Assembly: GCA_002633005.1 (NCBI GenBank)
Contig: NMRA01000112.1
Span: 688,659-752,658, forward strand
DNA length: 64,000 nt
Direction: 5' to 3'
From: Phoronis australis
Taxonomy: Eukaryota > Animalia > Phoronida
A program made the position numbers and the translations under genes. Below, piece by piece: positions 13,438 to 28,400 of this stretch (its first letter is position 1; every line of letters starts with the position of its first letter). The notes below the pieces were generated by a model. That model made no database searches. It was not told where the DNA came from and was given only the letters and a program-made list of their open reading frames with translations.

Positions 13438-16400
13438 GTATATATATATATATAATATGATTATTAGACGATATTGCATCAAGTTTTAGTTTATAAGTTG
13501 ACATTAACAGTGGGTTGGTCTCTTATAAATCTTTGTTATTTCAGATAACCTTAAACTTTGGGACACTTTCGAAAACTCATTTTCAAATCTGCTAAATCGG
13601 AAAGTGTGGCTAAATTTTTGACTTAATTAATGCACGCCTGGGGGTAAATCACTCACCTCGCACTTCAAGACCACCCATGATGAAGACTACCCGCTTCGCA
13701 CCGTAGGACTCATTTTGGGACACAAAGGCCTACATATAATGCTTTCTGGATTTAATTACTATAGTACTTGTATTTTTCATAATAAACATTTAAAAAAAAC
13801 TTTGTGACACATTAAGGAAGTGTTTTAGCTGCTGGACTGCGTTCTATTTACGGCACTCGCAAGAAAAGCCGGAATCACATATTTGGCCTGCAATACATAG
13901 CGACGTGCCGATATCTCGCAAAGACTTGCGAGATTCTTGCGTCTACGGAACGCAGCCTTAAATAATCCTTTTGGCTCTCAGGGGAAGTTCCAATCTTGCA
14001 GTAGCACTTACTATTTTTACATACAACCGCCAAAATAGGGTTTAGAGAACTAAAAATGCAAACGGGAATGTTGACACTTATCAGCTACTAAGCTTTTTTC
14101 GTCCACTTTCTCCTTCCTTACCAGAAAAAAAACAGTCGACTATTTTTTTGATGCAAAAATAATTGGCTCTAAACACTGTTCGTTTTCAAAAATTGTCTTC
14201 TGTTTCCGTTGTCTCTCTGACAAATTCACGGGAAGTCCAGTAAACATAATTCGCCGAGAATGTCTCAGTGTTTGTAAATGGATTTTCTGTACAACTCCAC
14301 TAACGCAAATGTTAGTCAATCACAGTAACTCACAAACAGCAGTGGCGTTCTCACTGACACAATTTTCTCACTAACACAACATCGCTATTTTCTCACGAGC
14401 TGCATTTTTGCTATTATCATTCCATGAATTCATTTATTTTCTCTACATGGAGCGAAAACATTTCATCACTCGAAACAAAGCAAAAGATTTCTCAAGTCAG
14501 AGATTCAATTTTGAATTCATTACTAGTGGCTAACACGGAATTTCTCATCACGCAAGTTCAACAACGACAACAAGCATTTCCAAAACTAGTTTCAAACATG
14601 ACACTTTAATGGAACGCGACAAACGCTAATTAGTCGACTTCACGTATTGACACATGTGCTGTGTAGGTACCACTCAATCAGTCGTAATTTACATACGATA
14701 ACAGCGTTATTTGTTAAAACGTTTAGCTGTGACTTTCAAGTTCACATGCTTTCGCATTAAGTCATTTGAAACAGGGGCCCCCAGGAAAAATTAAGGTTGC
14801 ATTTCGTCCTGTTTAATTGGCTAAAACCGAAAATCGAGGGCCTTTTACCGCCACAAAATCGATCTCATAACAGTCTCTAGCGTGATGGAATTCTAAGTCC
14901 AATACGAATAAAGCAACGAAACCATCAGCATGGCCAATTCCAAAATTATGCGAACTCCACAGTTGCCCACGTGCGCATGCGCTTGGTAACTGAAATACAA
15001 TCCTATCTCGTAAGGATTATTATGAGGCAGATGATATCAGACATAATGCGAATTTCGTTTTAACCCAAACAGGGTGAAATACCGCTTCAAATGTTACACA
15101 CAGCTGCATATCCACTATTCCAATGCCATTTGTGTCTACATGTAGAGACATTAACAAATTTACATGAGCTGAGCTTCATTAAGATGTCAGATCAATCCGA
15201 ACAGCTAAGCACAGCCAGTCCAGTCGTTTTGTATTGCATGAAATTGGGCGACACGATTACGTGTAGGTACGTGGGTAACCTATTCTCCAGCAAAAGTGAC
15301 GATGAGGACAAAAATGTCTTCACGCGATTAGACTGTAAAGTTTTGTTGGTGGCCACTATGGGTCTGGTGTTGGGAGTAAGTCTTGTCAGCGAAATCACGT
15401 TTCCCTTTGTCACATGTTTGATTGCTAACCTAATTCACATCAGGGGCCGAGGTCTAATCTCCGGACTTCAACTCAAACTCGAAATTATTTTTGATATTTT
15501 CTGCTCAGTATATTTTATTCTACGCTCTATTATACTGTTTTTGCGGACAATAATCTAATCCAAGTTAGCATTTGGCGACTTCTACATTCGAGCTACATTC
15601 TCGAGATTTCGAGTTAAAATTAGAAATTTCGATTTCAAGTGCAAATGAGGATTAGACAATCACTCAAGTATAGTGAACTCGAGCACAGAACAATAGACAA
15701 CAATACAGAACAAAAATTACCAAAAATAATTTCGAGCCAAAAATGGACCTTGTGCCCTTACACTATTTGTTAGGGAGGTAAAATTTGTTCTTGGTTATTC
15801 TAACGTATATTCCACACACGTATAAACACATGGTCTACCACATGCTTTTGTATCCCGCAAGCACATTTCCTGATTCATTCTCCATCGATGATCTGCTCTG
15901 TAAGTGTCCCAGGCTTATCGAAAGATGTTTTTCTGCTTTCATTAGCAACGAATATTTGTGGGTCATGATGGAGGAAGATCGCAGTTTTTACATTTTCTCC
16001 GCTGTGATTGGTCGGAATTAAAAGCTTGATTGACATGCCAGCGCTATCCCTTACTACATGTAGTGTAATGCTATTGTAAGGTGGTGACGTACAAGTCAAT
16101 ATTTGATGTTCCTTGCAAGCAGCGATTATAGTGCGGTAATTTTCCAGTAACTTCAACGTATCAATTTTCAGCTCTGTTCTAGTTTTAACGTTCGTTTCTG
16201 ACACGATATTGTGTGGAACGCGTCGATTTAGTTTCTTTTTGTTTTTGTTCTGCAGCCCGGTAAATCATGCCACAAAACACTTCTCAACTTCTAATCAACA
16301 GGAACGTACATTATTGTGTTGCCAGATGGTAAGCCAAACTCTATCAGTTCGAGGGCTTTTATCTACGGCAAAACGTACTCAGCTGGCGGCGCTGATGCCG

Positions 16401-19400
16401 TTTTTCAAACTCATTACGAGGCGGTTACCGATTATTCAATTAGCCCGTCTCGTCATACACTCTGCCCCTGTACATAAGTGGTGTTGTGACAGAGGTTCGT
16501 GACATCTCGGATAACTTAGTGACGTGTGAAAAATATGGCGGAAAGCAACTCTTGCGTGCAGTTGTCCAAAGTGAAGGTTAAGTATTTATCATAGAAAAAT
16601 AAAAGATTGAAAACAAGCTTCAAAATCCTCCGAATAAACACACACCCAATAAATTTGCGCAAACAAGTATTCATGGTTGGTAAACATACAATTGTTGAGG
16701 CGGGGCCTCGGCCATTATCTCCTTTCTGGGATCCAAAAATCAAAATAATGACCGAGTGTTTAAGACAATTATTGTTTTATTATGTTATTACATCCACTCA
16801 CTGGAGGCAATGTTTGGGCTTTCGATTACTCGTTCGGTCAATCAGCTACCATTTTTCTAAAACGTGGAGACATTTGGAATAACTTCCAGGAAATTTTCTT
16901 AATGGAGAAAAGAACAAACGGTTATATTTTGGGAAAGACATCATGTTTTGGGGCCATACAACTGCCGGTTTTAATGCAGCATAATCGACCAATCTCATCA
17001 GGATAAATCAACGATATCACCAGCTGTGTGTCAGCACGCTTAGAACATACACCTTTAACCTTTCTATTAGAAATACATCTTTTGTACCGGCAGTGACGTG
17101 ATTGTGGGACCTAAGTTGGGTTGCTGCTGGCCGGTTTACATTTACGTTTATTTAAAATCAAATGTGACTTCATAATCCGCATGAAATAAAAAGCTTAAAC
17201 TACGTTTGAGTTCGGTGACGTGCAGTGGGAAACTCGAGGCTCGAGTCGTCCTCTACTGAATACCGCAGTTAGATAGTATGAAAGAGCCTTCGGTGTTTAA
17301 GGTAGCGTCGATCCGTGGGAAGGCTAAAATTTGGCCGTAGATCGAAGTTAAGAGATCACGTTTACTTCGCAGTAAATATGTTAATTGAACGGTAAAGCGT
17401 CGCTGTAGTGGGAACCTCGATCGTTGTCCATCGAAGTTATTGGCAGGGGTCACTGCTGCATCAGTGGTGAAGGTCATATTACGCCACCTTGCGTTAAGTT
17501 CGATGACGATAGCTTCAACCAGTGTCTAGCTTCACCTTGCGATAGCTACGATGTCTTGTGAATTAACTGCCAGTTTATGTCGATAGAATTAACTTGATAG
17601 GAAAGATTGCTGGAATAAAGAATTCATCATGTTGCAATAAACAATAGCAAACAAATAGTATTTTCTCTATGGCGTTTTTTCAACACGAAAACAACAACAA
17701 TTATTTGGTTAGTCAAGTCACGTGACTGTCCAAATAAAGAAGACGACGAAGTTAAGAACTTTAATAACTGTATTTTCGGCTTACAAGAAGTCGGCTTCGC
17801 GCTGCAGGCCAGGACGATGCTACTAGTTATCTGTGCTGTCATCGGATGTTTACGAGCCGACAACCGCCCTACATTACAAAGCATTTGAAAAACGATAACA
17901 AGATCGCAGATTTATAAAATCCCCAATTGACAGGGCTACACGTCGTAACACAGTGTTGTCACATGTAAGTGCTAACCTTGCAGTTCAGAAGTTTTGAATC
18001 AAAATTCTCTATTATTCACAAGCTAATATGCCATTATGGATAATTATAATCAATTTCCAACTAATTTCTTCGTTAATGAATGGATGTGTCCTATAATTGA
18101 ACACATAGCCGAAGGTTTTGACACTCGTGATTATGTGGTGGTTTTAGCAGTTTTACAGACCTGGCCTTCCAGCGGCCACCTAGATCTACGCATGCTGAAA
18201 CCAAACAATTTTCATGAATGTGTATGACCAAGCTTCAGCAAATTAGTTTAGTTGTGTTCAACAAGCCGTCCACACTAGCAAACCTTTGTTACCAAACTTG
18301 ACCAAACTCGAGTCTATAAGCACTAAAAAGTTTGCCCGGGTGGACGGGGTTTTAAATAAGCTAGCGTGGGACTTCAAGGCGAACGAATTTTTATCCCAGA
18401 AATTAGGAATCGGCTTGCTGGTACCAGAAGACGTTGTGCGCGTTACGTTTGTCTGAAATCTACTTGTATGCGAGTGTTTTCGAGGTATGTGTAGCGACCA
18501 GAAACTCCTACAGTGTATGTTGTGACTGAAAAAAGACGAAACGAGTATTTCAACTGGTCCGTCGCCATTTTGTCACTTTCGAGCTCAAAGTCTCTTTACA
18601 AAGCGAGTAGATACCTCAAATTATGAAGAACGGTGAAAACTTACCCAAAGTGCGGTGTCCACTTTGATTTATGGGGTAGAAAACTGCGTGGACTTCTTCC
18701 CCGTTTACCCGTTGTTCTACACAGAAAACAGTGGCCGAGGGAAGTAGACAGGGTTGCCATCGGAGCAAATTGCTAATGGACATTTTACTTAATGTGGCTG
18801 ATCAATGTATGCGAGTCAGCGTTTCCGATGACTCCCAATCAGAAACTTTCTAATTTTGTGATTGGAATTTCAAAAGAAACAACGAAGCGAGAATTTTTGA
18901 CGATGGGTCGCCCGCCATCTTGTCACTGTCACAGCTTTCTGTCTGGTCAAAAGAGGACACTGGGAAGTAATGTAAAGGAAGTTAACCAAAAAATCCGTTA
19001 GGTTTGTCAGCCAAGCATGCGCACTACAACTGAAATCTAGAAATGTGCTCTTTTTGCAACGTTTGTTGGCGCCCACGACAAAAATTCTTCAAGATTAGAA
19101 ATAAAGGTAACGTGACACTCGGCGCCTTTTTACATTAAACCATTGATTGGGCGAGCTTTCACCAGCTCATAAGAGGCAAAAGAAGCATGAGTGCTCGTAC
19201 ACTAAAACAAATATAGACCGATCTCTCACCAGGTCATATGGACTCAGAGACAGTAATTTTGCCCGAGGTCGAAGTATCTTTTGATTTGGAACTGAGTCGG
19301 GCGCCTCTACAAGTTCTTCTCTACTTGCAGGCGAGCCGCTAACCGTTAAGATAGACCTAAACATAAGAAGTATGGGCCCGATTTCAGAAAAAGACATGGT

Positions 19401-22400
19401 AAGCCAAGCATTCACATTTGATATTTTTACTTGTGATGTGTTAGTCCAAGCAAAGGTGGAGAGTTGACATTTTTACGACTTGTCTTTTGTGGAATATCTC
19501 ATCCAGGCCACAGGTTGGCTGGAAATGTAGGTGCACGTTCTTTGTTTTCATTGCCTGGTTTCGTTCAACTTTGGATGAACGGCATTCACAAGCCACTCTG
19601 TGATGTGAAACATCTATCTATCTGTAAACAAGTCAATGCCTGAATCGATGGGTCATACATAAACGAGCAGGTAATCCAATTCTTTGTATTAGAACTCGAA
19701 ATGTTTTTGACATATCATATTCTACTTCTTTGAAAACTCAAGATGCAAAACAATACTATTCTATGCTCGCGTACACTGTGTCGTACATGGATGACTGTCT
19801 AATCCACTATCTATTCTTCTGTGCTTGAGTTTGTTTTGGCGTGGGTATTATGAAGTTATTTTCTAGAAATTAGTTTAATCCTTGTGAAGTTTCGTGTATG
19901 AGTAAAATTCGTTGTAACATTAAAAGAATACTAAACCGGTTAAGACCAATAACAGACACTATGCACGACACCCATCTAAATCCTTAAAGTAAAGCCCTGT
20001 TGGTATTTTCATTCTTCAAAATTTTGGATGACGTTTAAATTTACTTACAAAGTATGCTAAAGTCAGAAGCGCGACTATCGCTTTTTAAAGCCAATTCAAA
20101 CTGATCGTGGCGAAAGATCTTCCATCTCAAAACGAACTAATCACGTTATATGGCAGAGTGGATAAATTTGATTTTGAACAATGGTTCTATACACGTAGGG
20201 TTCTACACATGTACACGTAGCTCAGGGATGGTACCAGTGGTGGAAGAGCAGGTGAGAGAACATGCTTTTGGTGGAGTCACCACAACGGGGTTTAAAATCC
20301 TTTTATTGGGAAGCACCAAATTTGAGACACCAGGACTCTGTTATGGGCGACAATGTAATGTGTTTTGAGAACAGGCCTGAGATGGATTCGAATCCACGAC
20401 ATCACTGGTCTCAATTTGAGTACAGCGGAAAACCGAAAATGTGGCCAATATTTTAAGCGGCCTCAATTTCAGTTAACTTTGCTGAATGTCTGGAAGGCAA
20501 CGAAAGGAATCGGTTATTTGTTACAAAGTCACCAAAACAGAACAGATTTTGCTGTTTTACAGTTCTGGTAAAAGTTAAGAACTTCTAAGTTCTATCTCAC
20601 AACAGTAGTCTTCAAAATGGGTTTTTCGACCCTAAGATAGACCGTGTCACTTTAATACGGAGAGCACTGTGATCAGCATCAGTTAGTTCTTCAAAAATAT
20701 TTCACTTAAGAAATTTATGTTATAATTATGGAATAAAAACTTTATCAGTTTTCCTCAGTACTAAGGCACGGCCATATACAGCACGTTTTTCACGATTATG
20801 GTAATGGCAATTTTTTGACTTTTTTCAAATTTGATAAAAATTTTGTCAAGGTAACGTATACTGACTTTCGACGTTTAGAAGTGCATTTCATTTCTGTAAC
20901 ATGGGTAAATACATGCACACTGTGAATGCCTTAAGGGTTTTGAGATATTGAATAGTTTATGTTTTCTTTAATGAAAGCAATAAATAGAACCACTACCTCC
21001 CTCTATACACGGAGTGCATAACTAATTGCACCCTTAGTTTAACCAGGTGGCCCGAGGAATACAAATTTTTCTACTCATGCCCTGCGAAATTTAATTTTTG
21101 TTTCTATATGACTTTAAGTTTCCATCCTAGAAGTATGATATTTTCTAAATCTCTTTCAAGTATCATCCTTGTGCTGCGTTAAATTTTCGCATTTCATTTT
21201 TCAGATGTTCTCGCTGGACTGTTACTTTAGACAAACGTGGCAGGACTTCAGGTTGAAATTCTCGCCACTAGGGGACATCAAAATTCTTGCCTTCAGTAAC
21301 GCCATGATAGATGAAATTTGGCGACCCGATGTGTACTTTATGAACGGAAAGGGCTCCTATCTCCACACAATCACTTCACCCAATAGACTTCTGCGGATAA
21401 GAGCAGACGGGCAAATTTTGTATTCAAGCAGGTGCGTTTATGTCAGTCATGAAATCTGTGGAACTCATGGAAATTCTAGTCAAGGACTTTTGAAAGCCTG
21501 CGGGCCGTGATTTGAATAACTTAACTCCACTTATTAGTTTGATCGTCATTACATACCGTCAACGGAAATATTTTTATGTAGATTCGAAACCTGAGGTATC
21601 ATTTGTTGATGATTGCTGCTAGGCTTGGTACTGGGAACCAATTTTCAGCATTTGGATATGTGTGTATTTATTTCAAGTAGTATGCAGTAGTAGAGTGGAT
21701 ATAGGATGATTTTTGGCAAACTTAAAATATATGCTAATGCTCATTTGTTCTGTTCTAAGTTGTCAATTTGGAGCGTTTTCTTGCAACCCGAAAACACCGC
21801 TCGCGAATCTTTAAATTCTGCACACAGACTCAAAACCACGGTCCCGCCCCCCGAAAACACTGCCTACGCACTAAGTCCGTGAGCAGTGTTTACGTGAGCC
21901 AAAACCGTCCAGGAGCCTTGCTTTTTAGGTGCCCAAACCGTGATTTGTGAGTGCAGTATTTGTATGGAATTTACAGGCCAGTGAGTCGTGTTCATGAGTG
22001 CGTGAGCCAGTCTTTACTGTCTCAATTTATCATTGACGCTAACATTTGTTGCTTCACTCCCGTAACTGGTTTTCAAATTGTCACCAAAAATTAAATTAAG
22101 ATATCGAAAAACAACAATCCCTGTAATGGCAATGGCACTGACGATTGTTTAAGTATCGCTCACATTGGGAAATTAAAATTTTAGCAATAGTGACCATGTT
22201 TAATATTTATTCTCCTTTTACTGACGACAGATTGACAGTGAAAACCAGCTGCCCTATGCATCTGTGGAACTATCCAATGGACTCTCAAGCATGCCCTCTC
22301 AAGATTGCAAGTTGTAAGTACATTCATGTGCATCCGACGTGCCTTTTCCAAGCTGATACCTTATTACCTAGTCCGGAATTCGTGACCGACAACTTATCTT

Positions 22401-25400
22401 CTAGGGACTCCAACGATCCGAGAATCCTACTCTGCCCCTAAGTGAATCCTTGGTTGTCCATTCTGTGCTCAGTCTCATATCTCGACTTCAGAGAGCTCTA
22501 GAGACGTACTCCTTAGCCTTTAGTGGTGGCGAAAATTTCCCATTTAGAGTTGTCTTAGATTTTTTATGAATGCTTATGGGACTCTCTGATTCCGTCGCAG
22601 TAAACGATATCATTGTTGTGTGGTACCGTAGAACACAAATTTGAGGCTCGGCAAATGTTGTAGTGGAGCGAGTTTTAGCACATACATTGGACGTCCGTTA
22701 CATGCACGGGATCAGCGAGACGGTGAGCACATCTTAAGTTGGACAGAATTTCGCTAATTTATCTCAGACGACACTTCAGCTATTGGGGATAGATTACAGT
22801 AATTACCTATCGGCGACCTGTTTGTGTTTGCGGACCAAGCTTTCGAGCCCGTCCTGAGCCCCTCGTCAGGGTACTGTCGGGAATCTTCGTGTCACATGGT
22901 CATCAGTGGGTGGTCCTTGGGGGTTGTCCAACCCCACTTGGTCAATGTTATTTGCAAGGAGGCGCTGGTAAATAGCTGGTTATTCATATCCACTGTCGCA
23001 GTTCAATTTTGGTTTGTTGCTCGTGACTTCAACTGTTTCTCTGATTTTACGATACCAATATTTATTTTCTCTAGATATTATTTCGACTGTAGGTTTGCAA
23101 ATGTTATGGGATGTGTCTACATTGTGTTCTCCTACGGTTGTAGGATTGCCAGGTGATATGTTGAAGTGTTCTTTTAGTCTAGTACCTAGACTCCGAGCGA
23201 TCTCACCAACATATTTGGCAGGACAATCAGGGAATTCAATCATGTGTGTCACACTACATTTCTCGTTGTCGTCTGACTTGTCTTTTGGGTGGACCAAGGC
23301 ACTCGATGGGGGTGTTGAATGGTTTATGGTATGTGCCCACCTGATGTTCTCTGAAGATGTTAGACATTTTTCCGAGTGACCGTGAACGTACGAAAGGCTA
23401 CGTTGACTCTAAAAGGGTCAGCCTTCTCTCTCACACACACACACTGGGTCTTGGATCAAGCATCCAGTTAGAGTAGTCATTCTCACGTAACACATGTTTA
23501 ATGCTAGACTGTTCCAGATATTTTTCATTTTTTTACTAATTGTCCAGTTCTTTTTAAAAGTGTACACACGACTGAGCTTTTATGTTGGAGATGATGGTTG
23601 AGCGGAAAGTGACCTTAGGTATGCACGTATCAAGAAACCTACGTTTGTCATCCGATAGGTGCTCAATGCTTAACTTGATGTGAGGGCCCAAAAAGTTGAT
23701 GTGATCTAGAATTGCACTAACGTAGTACCCCTGGATATTGACAAAGGTGTCGTCTATGTAGGGGTACCACATTAATCAGGGATTGTCAGCCGTAGCGATG
23801 GCTCTAGTTTCGAAACTTTCCTTATACAAATAAGCCACGACGGAGCTAATAAGTGATCCCATACCAGCACCGTGTTGTTGTTTGTAGAAATTACCTCTGA
23901 ATAGGAAATACTCTGTGTTCAGACAAAATTGCAAAACTTCAAGTATTTGTCCCATTCTCAACTTCGCTCTATACTTCCATGACTGGTCGTGGTGCAACTT
24001 CTCGTCAATAGCCGAAATGTTCTTTTCTTCGCAAGTTTTATAACGTTTTGACATTTCGCTGAATCAAATATGGCGGGATACACGGCGTGTAGGTGTACCC
24101 AGGTGTTTGATCTTCAGTAAGATCCTACCCCCTGACAAGGGCAGAGTTACAATCATTCTAGACACGCCGGACAAGGATAGCAAAATGAATACCCTACTTA
24201 GTGCTTCCACGTGAGCTCATTTAGTCAGTTTCTATTTTCATGGGAACACATTTAGTCAACTTCGATCTCCATGGGACCTCATTTAGTCAGCTTCCATCTC
24301 CATGAGAACCCACTTAGTTGGCTTCAATCTCCATGTCAACTCATTTAGTTAACTTCTAAACCCTTTTAGTCAGCTTCTATCTCTATGTGAACTCATTTAG
24401 TCAGCTTTATCTCTACATGAACTCATTTAGTTATATTCTATCTCCATGTGAACACATGTAGTCAGCTGCTATCTCCATGTGAACTCAGTAAGTCATCTTC
24501 TGTCTCCATGTCAACTCATTTTGTTAATTTCTATCTCCATTTGAACTAATATAGTCGGCTTTGATCTCCATGGGAACTCATTTAACCACCTTCTATCTCC
24601 ACGTGAATTCATTTCGCCAGGTTTTATATCCATGTCTGCCACTATGTGAACTCAATTAGCCAACTTCTATATCCATATCAATTCATTCAGTCAGCTTCTA
24701 TGTCTATGTCATCTCATTTAGTCCGCTTCTATCCCAATGAAAAGTCATTTAACCGGCTTTTATCTCCGTGTGAACTCATTTAGTCAGCTTCTATCTCTAT
24801 GTGAACTCTTTTAGTTCTCTCTCCATGGGTACTCATTTAGTCAGCTTCTATCTATATGTGAACTCATTTAGCCAGCTTCAATAACCATGTCTACTCATTT
24901 AGCCAGCTTCTATCTCCATGGGCACTCATTTAGCCACTTTCTAAAACCATATCAACTCATTTAGTTAGCTTCTACCTCCATGTTAACTCATTTAACCATG
25001 TGAACTTATTTAGTCAGCTTCTATTTCCATGAGAACTCATTTAGTCAGCTTCTATCTATATGTGAACTCATTTAGCCAGCTTGTATCTCCATGTCAACTC
25101 ATTAAATCAGCTTCTATCTCCATGGGAACTCAATAAGTCATCTTCTATCTCCATGTGAACTCATTTATTCAGTTTCTATCTCCATTTCAACTCATTTAGT
25201 CAGCTTCTATATTCATGTGAACTCAATTAATCAGCCTTCCATGTCCATGTCAACTCATTCAGTCAGCTTTATTTCCATTTCAATTCATTTAGTCAGCTTC
25301 TATATTCATGTGAACTCAATTAATCAGCCTTCCATGTCCATGTCAACTCATTCAGTCAGCTTTATCTCCATTTCAAGTCCTTTAGTCAGCTTTTATCTCC

Positions 25401-28400
25401 ATGGAAACACATTTAGTCTGCTTCTATCTCTATGTCAACTCATTTAGCCAGCTTCTATATCCATATCAATTCATGTAGCCAGTTCCTATCCACATGGGAA
25501 CTCATTTAGTCAGCATCCATGTCTATGTCATCTCATTTAGTCAGCTTGTTTCTCCATGTCAGCTCATTTAGCCAGCTTCTGTCTCCATGTAAACTGATTA
25601 AGTCAGATTCTATCTCCATATGAACTCATTTAGTATTTTCGTCAAATGTTATCTTCTTGTCAACTCATGTTCAAACACATTTATTCGAACGTAACTCGGA
25701 AAGAAATTTTCAAAAACAACCATGGACCGATTTCTTGTGCATAATGTCCGCATTATCACAAACGCACGTTCAGCACGCAGCCTTTACCGTGTATTTGTAT
25801 GCGCGCATAAGGCTCACACGTCTTTATTAGAAATAACGCGTTTTGCCAAAGATTTGTTGCTCAAGTGTTTCCATAAAGGCGCGAGCGCCTAAGCTTTGAT
25901 GACAGCTTCGCCGAAGCGAAATTTCCTCAGAATATCGCTTGTAACAAATTACTCAAAATTACCAAGGAAGTGAACCACCTCTGGTACATGGGTGGTGCAG
26001 CACTGAAATATGTGGGGATGCGGATGCGCGGCCCATGTGGGCAGTTGTGAGTTATGCACAATGTTATAAAAAGAACAGTGGATTGAGTGAAGAATTGGCG
26101 AGAACAGGGATTGATCAACAGATATTACAGCTCAATTTCATGGCGTTCAAAGTTGACGCATATAATGGCTAAAAAAATTACGGACTAACGGCACTTTTTT
26201 CGCGCCAGTAACAAAATTAGGTTGCTTAAGGAAGAGTGCAGTTTTCAGTATTATCAACGATGTGCAAAATTTTATTTTGCTTAATTTTCACCCAGTTCGT
26301 TCCAAAGCTATATATTTATACAGCTCTGCACCAAGGCTACCTTGAATTGAGTTTTGTAGTTGTTTTGAAAATTTCGTAGTCATCTAACTCGATACCTTCA
26401 AAACCACTTTGATGTGATCAAGGGAAGATAATGTTTCGGAGGTTTATATTCTACCATTTTGTGGGACGCGCACGCAAATTTTGTTTTTATTAGAGGCAAT
26501 TGAGGTCAGGCTTGGCAAACACTTTTACGTTTCTTAAATGGTCCAGACATTGGGAGGCGGGTGTCATGGCTCAAACCGTCATATACAGATGATCATAGTG
26601 ATAGTGATGGTGATTATGATGATGAAGTTGATAGTAATTGCTACAAAGTACCATTTACTGTTCATTTTCAGTTGGTTACCCCGACAAAGAATTGATTCTT
26701 CGCTGGAAATACGGTGAAAACGAGTCTATTATTAGCTCGCCAGAGGTCATCCTGTCGCAGTTTGAATTGACAGGAATTGGCGGATGGGCAAACAACATTT
26801 CGTATAACAAGAGAGGTAGGGATAATCTTAACTAGCCAATGGATTTGTCTGCACACCAGTCAGTTCCAACCATTCATAAACGTTGTTGTACGTCACATAC
26901 TAAGCTTGATGTTTCAGCTGTACGCATCGAAAAATAACTGAGAACTTAAAGTTGCAGAGTCCTTATTTCATTGACTATTTTTGAATTGTTTAGAATTGAC
27001 ACCAAAACAATATTTTACAAGTTTCTCAAAAGTTTTGGCTTTTATTAACAAACGTGTATATTTTTAATCTGCAAAGAAAACTTTTACGAAAATGGGCGAT
27101 CATCTTACGACCACGACTTATAATTATTCATTACAAAGAGTTACACGTTACTCATATTTTCCAGAATGCAACAAACATCAACAAAAACGAAACAAGTATA
27201 TCGAGGTCTGCACCAAACTCGTGGGCTCTGGTAAATGGTCTAATTTCTAAGAAACACTGTACTTCTGTAATGCTCCACGGATGATCGCATGTTATACATC
27301 CATAGAGCTATCATAATAGGCCTAGACGTCCAACAACTGACAATGGAAATGGGGATTAAATGAAGTACACTGTCTCCGGGATATGGCGGAGTAAGGCCAC
27401 AAACTAGGCGGAAACTGTATAATGATGTTCATTCTTTCCGTAAGCCATATTTCCAAGCGGCACCGATTTAAATTTTCTGAGCTCATTAGAACAGCATGTA
27501 CAGGTACGCGACTTTACGGGATTTTTGTACCAGGTCATTGATTATGATTCATTTGGAGGTATTACATGAAAGAAATTAGGTTTATTTCGAATTCTAACCA
27601 CCTTATTCACCAAACTCGGGTACAACAAGTTTTAATATTTCTCACTTCTTTCTAAGTCAATGGAAATGCACGTGTCACTTTTCATACTGTAAAACTACGA
27701 ATGAATGAAAAGGTCCCTGGAGCTAAAAAAAAACGGGATATATTGTTTTAGGAATTTGCCATGGGAATATTTTCGCATAACTTTGAAACTGAGTAACAAT
27801 GCCAGGAGTTGAAAAGTAGGTGAAGGTAATGTCGACGGATATTTGACGAATGGTGAAGTATTTCTGAAAGAATGACATACACTCCAACTTGCAATTTTGC
27901 TCCCTAGTCCCGCTGCTAGTTGGGTGTCATCAGTCGCCTGCGAAGTTTTGCTTCTTTTTATTTTGTTTATATCTGGTTGAAGTGAACGATAACCGTAAAG
28001 CCGAGACATTCTGCACACATTCACTTTAGTACATATGCCAACACTAGGGCGTTATCATACTTAGCTCCGTTCAAGTTATACCTACTTGTAACCAGAAGAA
28101 GTATTGTGAGACGGAAAAAAAGCATCACATTTTATTTCGAAATAAAAGCAATAATAATCGATCATTTCTATTTTGGTAACCTTTTCTGCTTCTCTTTCTC
28201 TTTAATTGTCCCTTTGCCCAACTATTTTTGTCGTCAATTTGCCACGACATGCTGTTTGGCAGTTCTAGGTGAACCGACTCATGGACGAGACGGTCTCGCT
28301 GTCAAGTGACGGTTATGAAGTGGTGAAAACACAACAGCTTAACACTCGCTGGTTCCCTGCGTGTCCGAATGAACACGCAGGTATCATTTAGTTGCACGCG

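Noticed and set aside
15875-16204. LINE ORF1-like fragment
   Set aside because: Only a vague resemblance, not supportable without a search.
20370-20430. tRNA gene (B-box-like ggattcgaatcc)
   Set aside because: No cloverleaf can be built; at best a decayed tRNA-derived SINE head.
24211-25635. CRISPR array
   Set aside because: The 31-bp units are contiguous and degenerate with no unique spacers, there are no cas genes, and the context is a eukaryotic intron.
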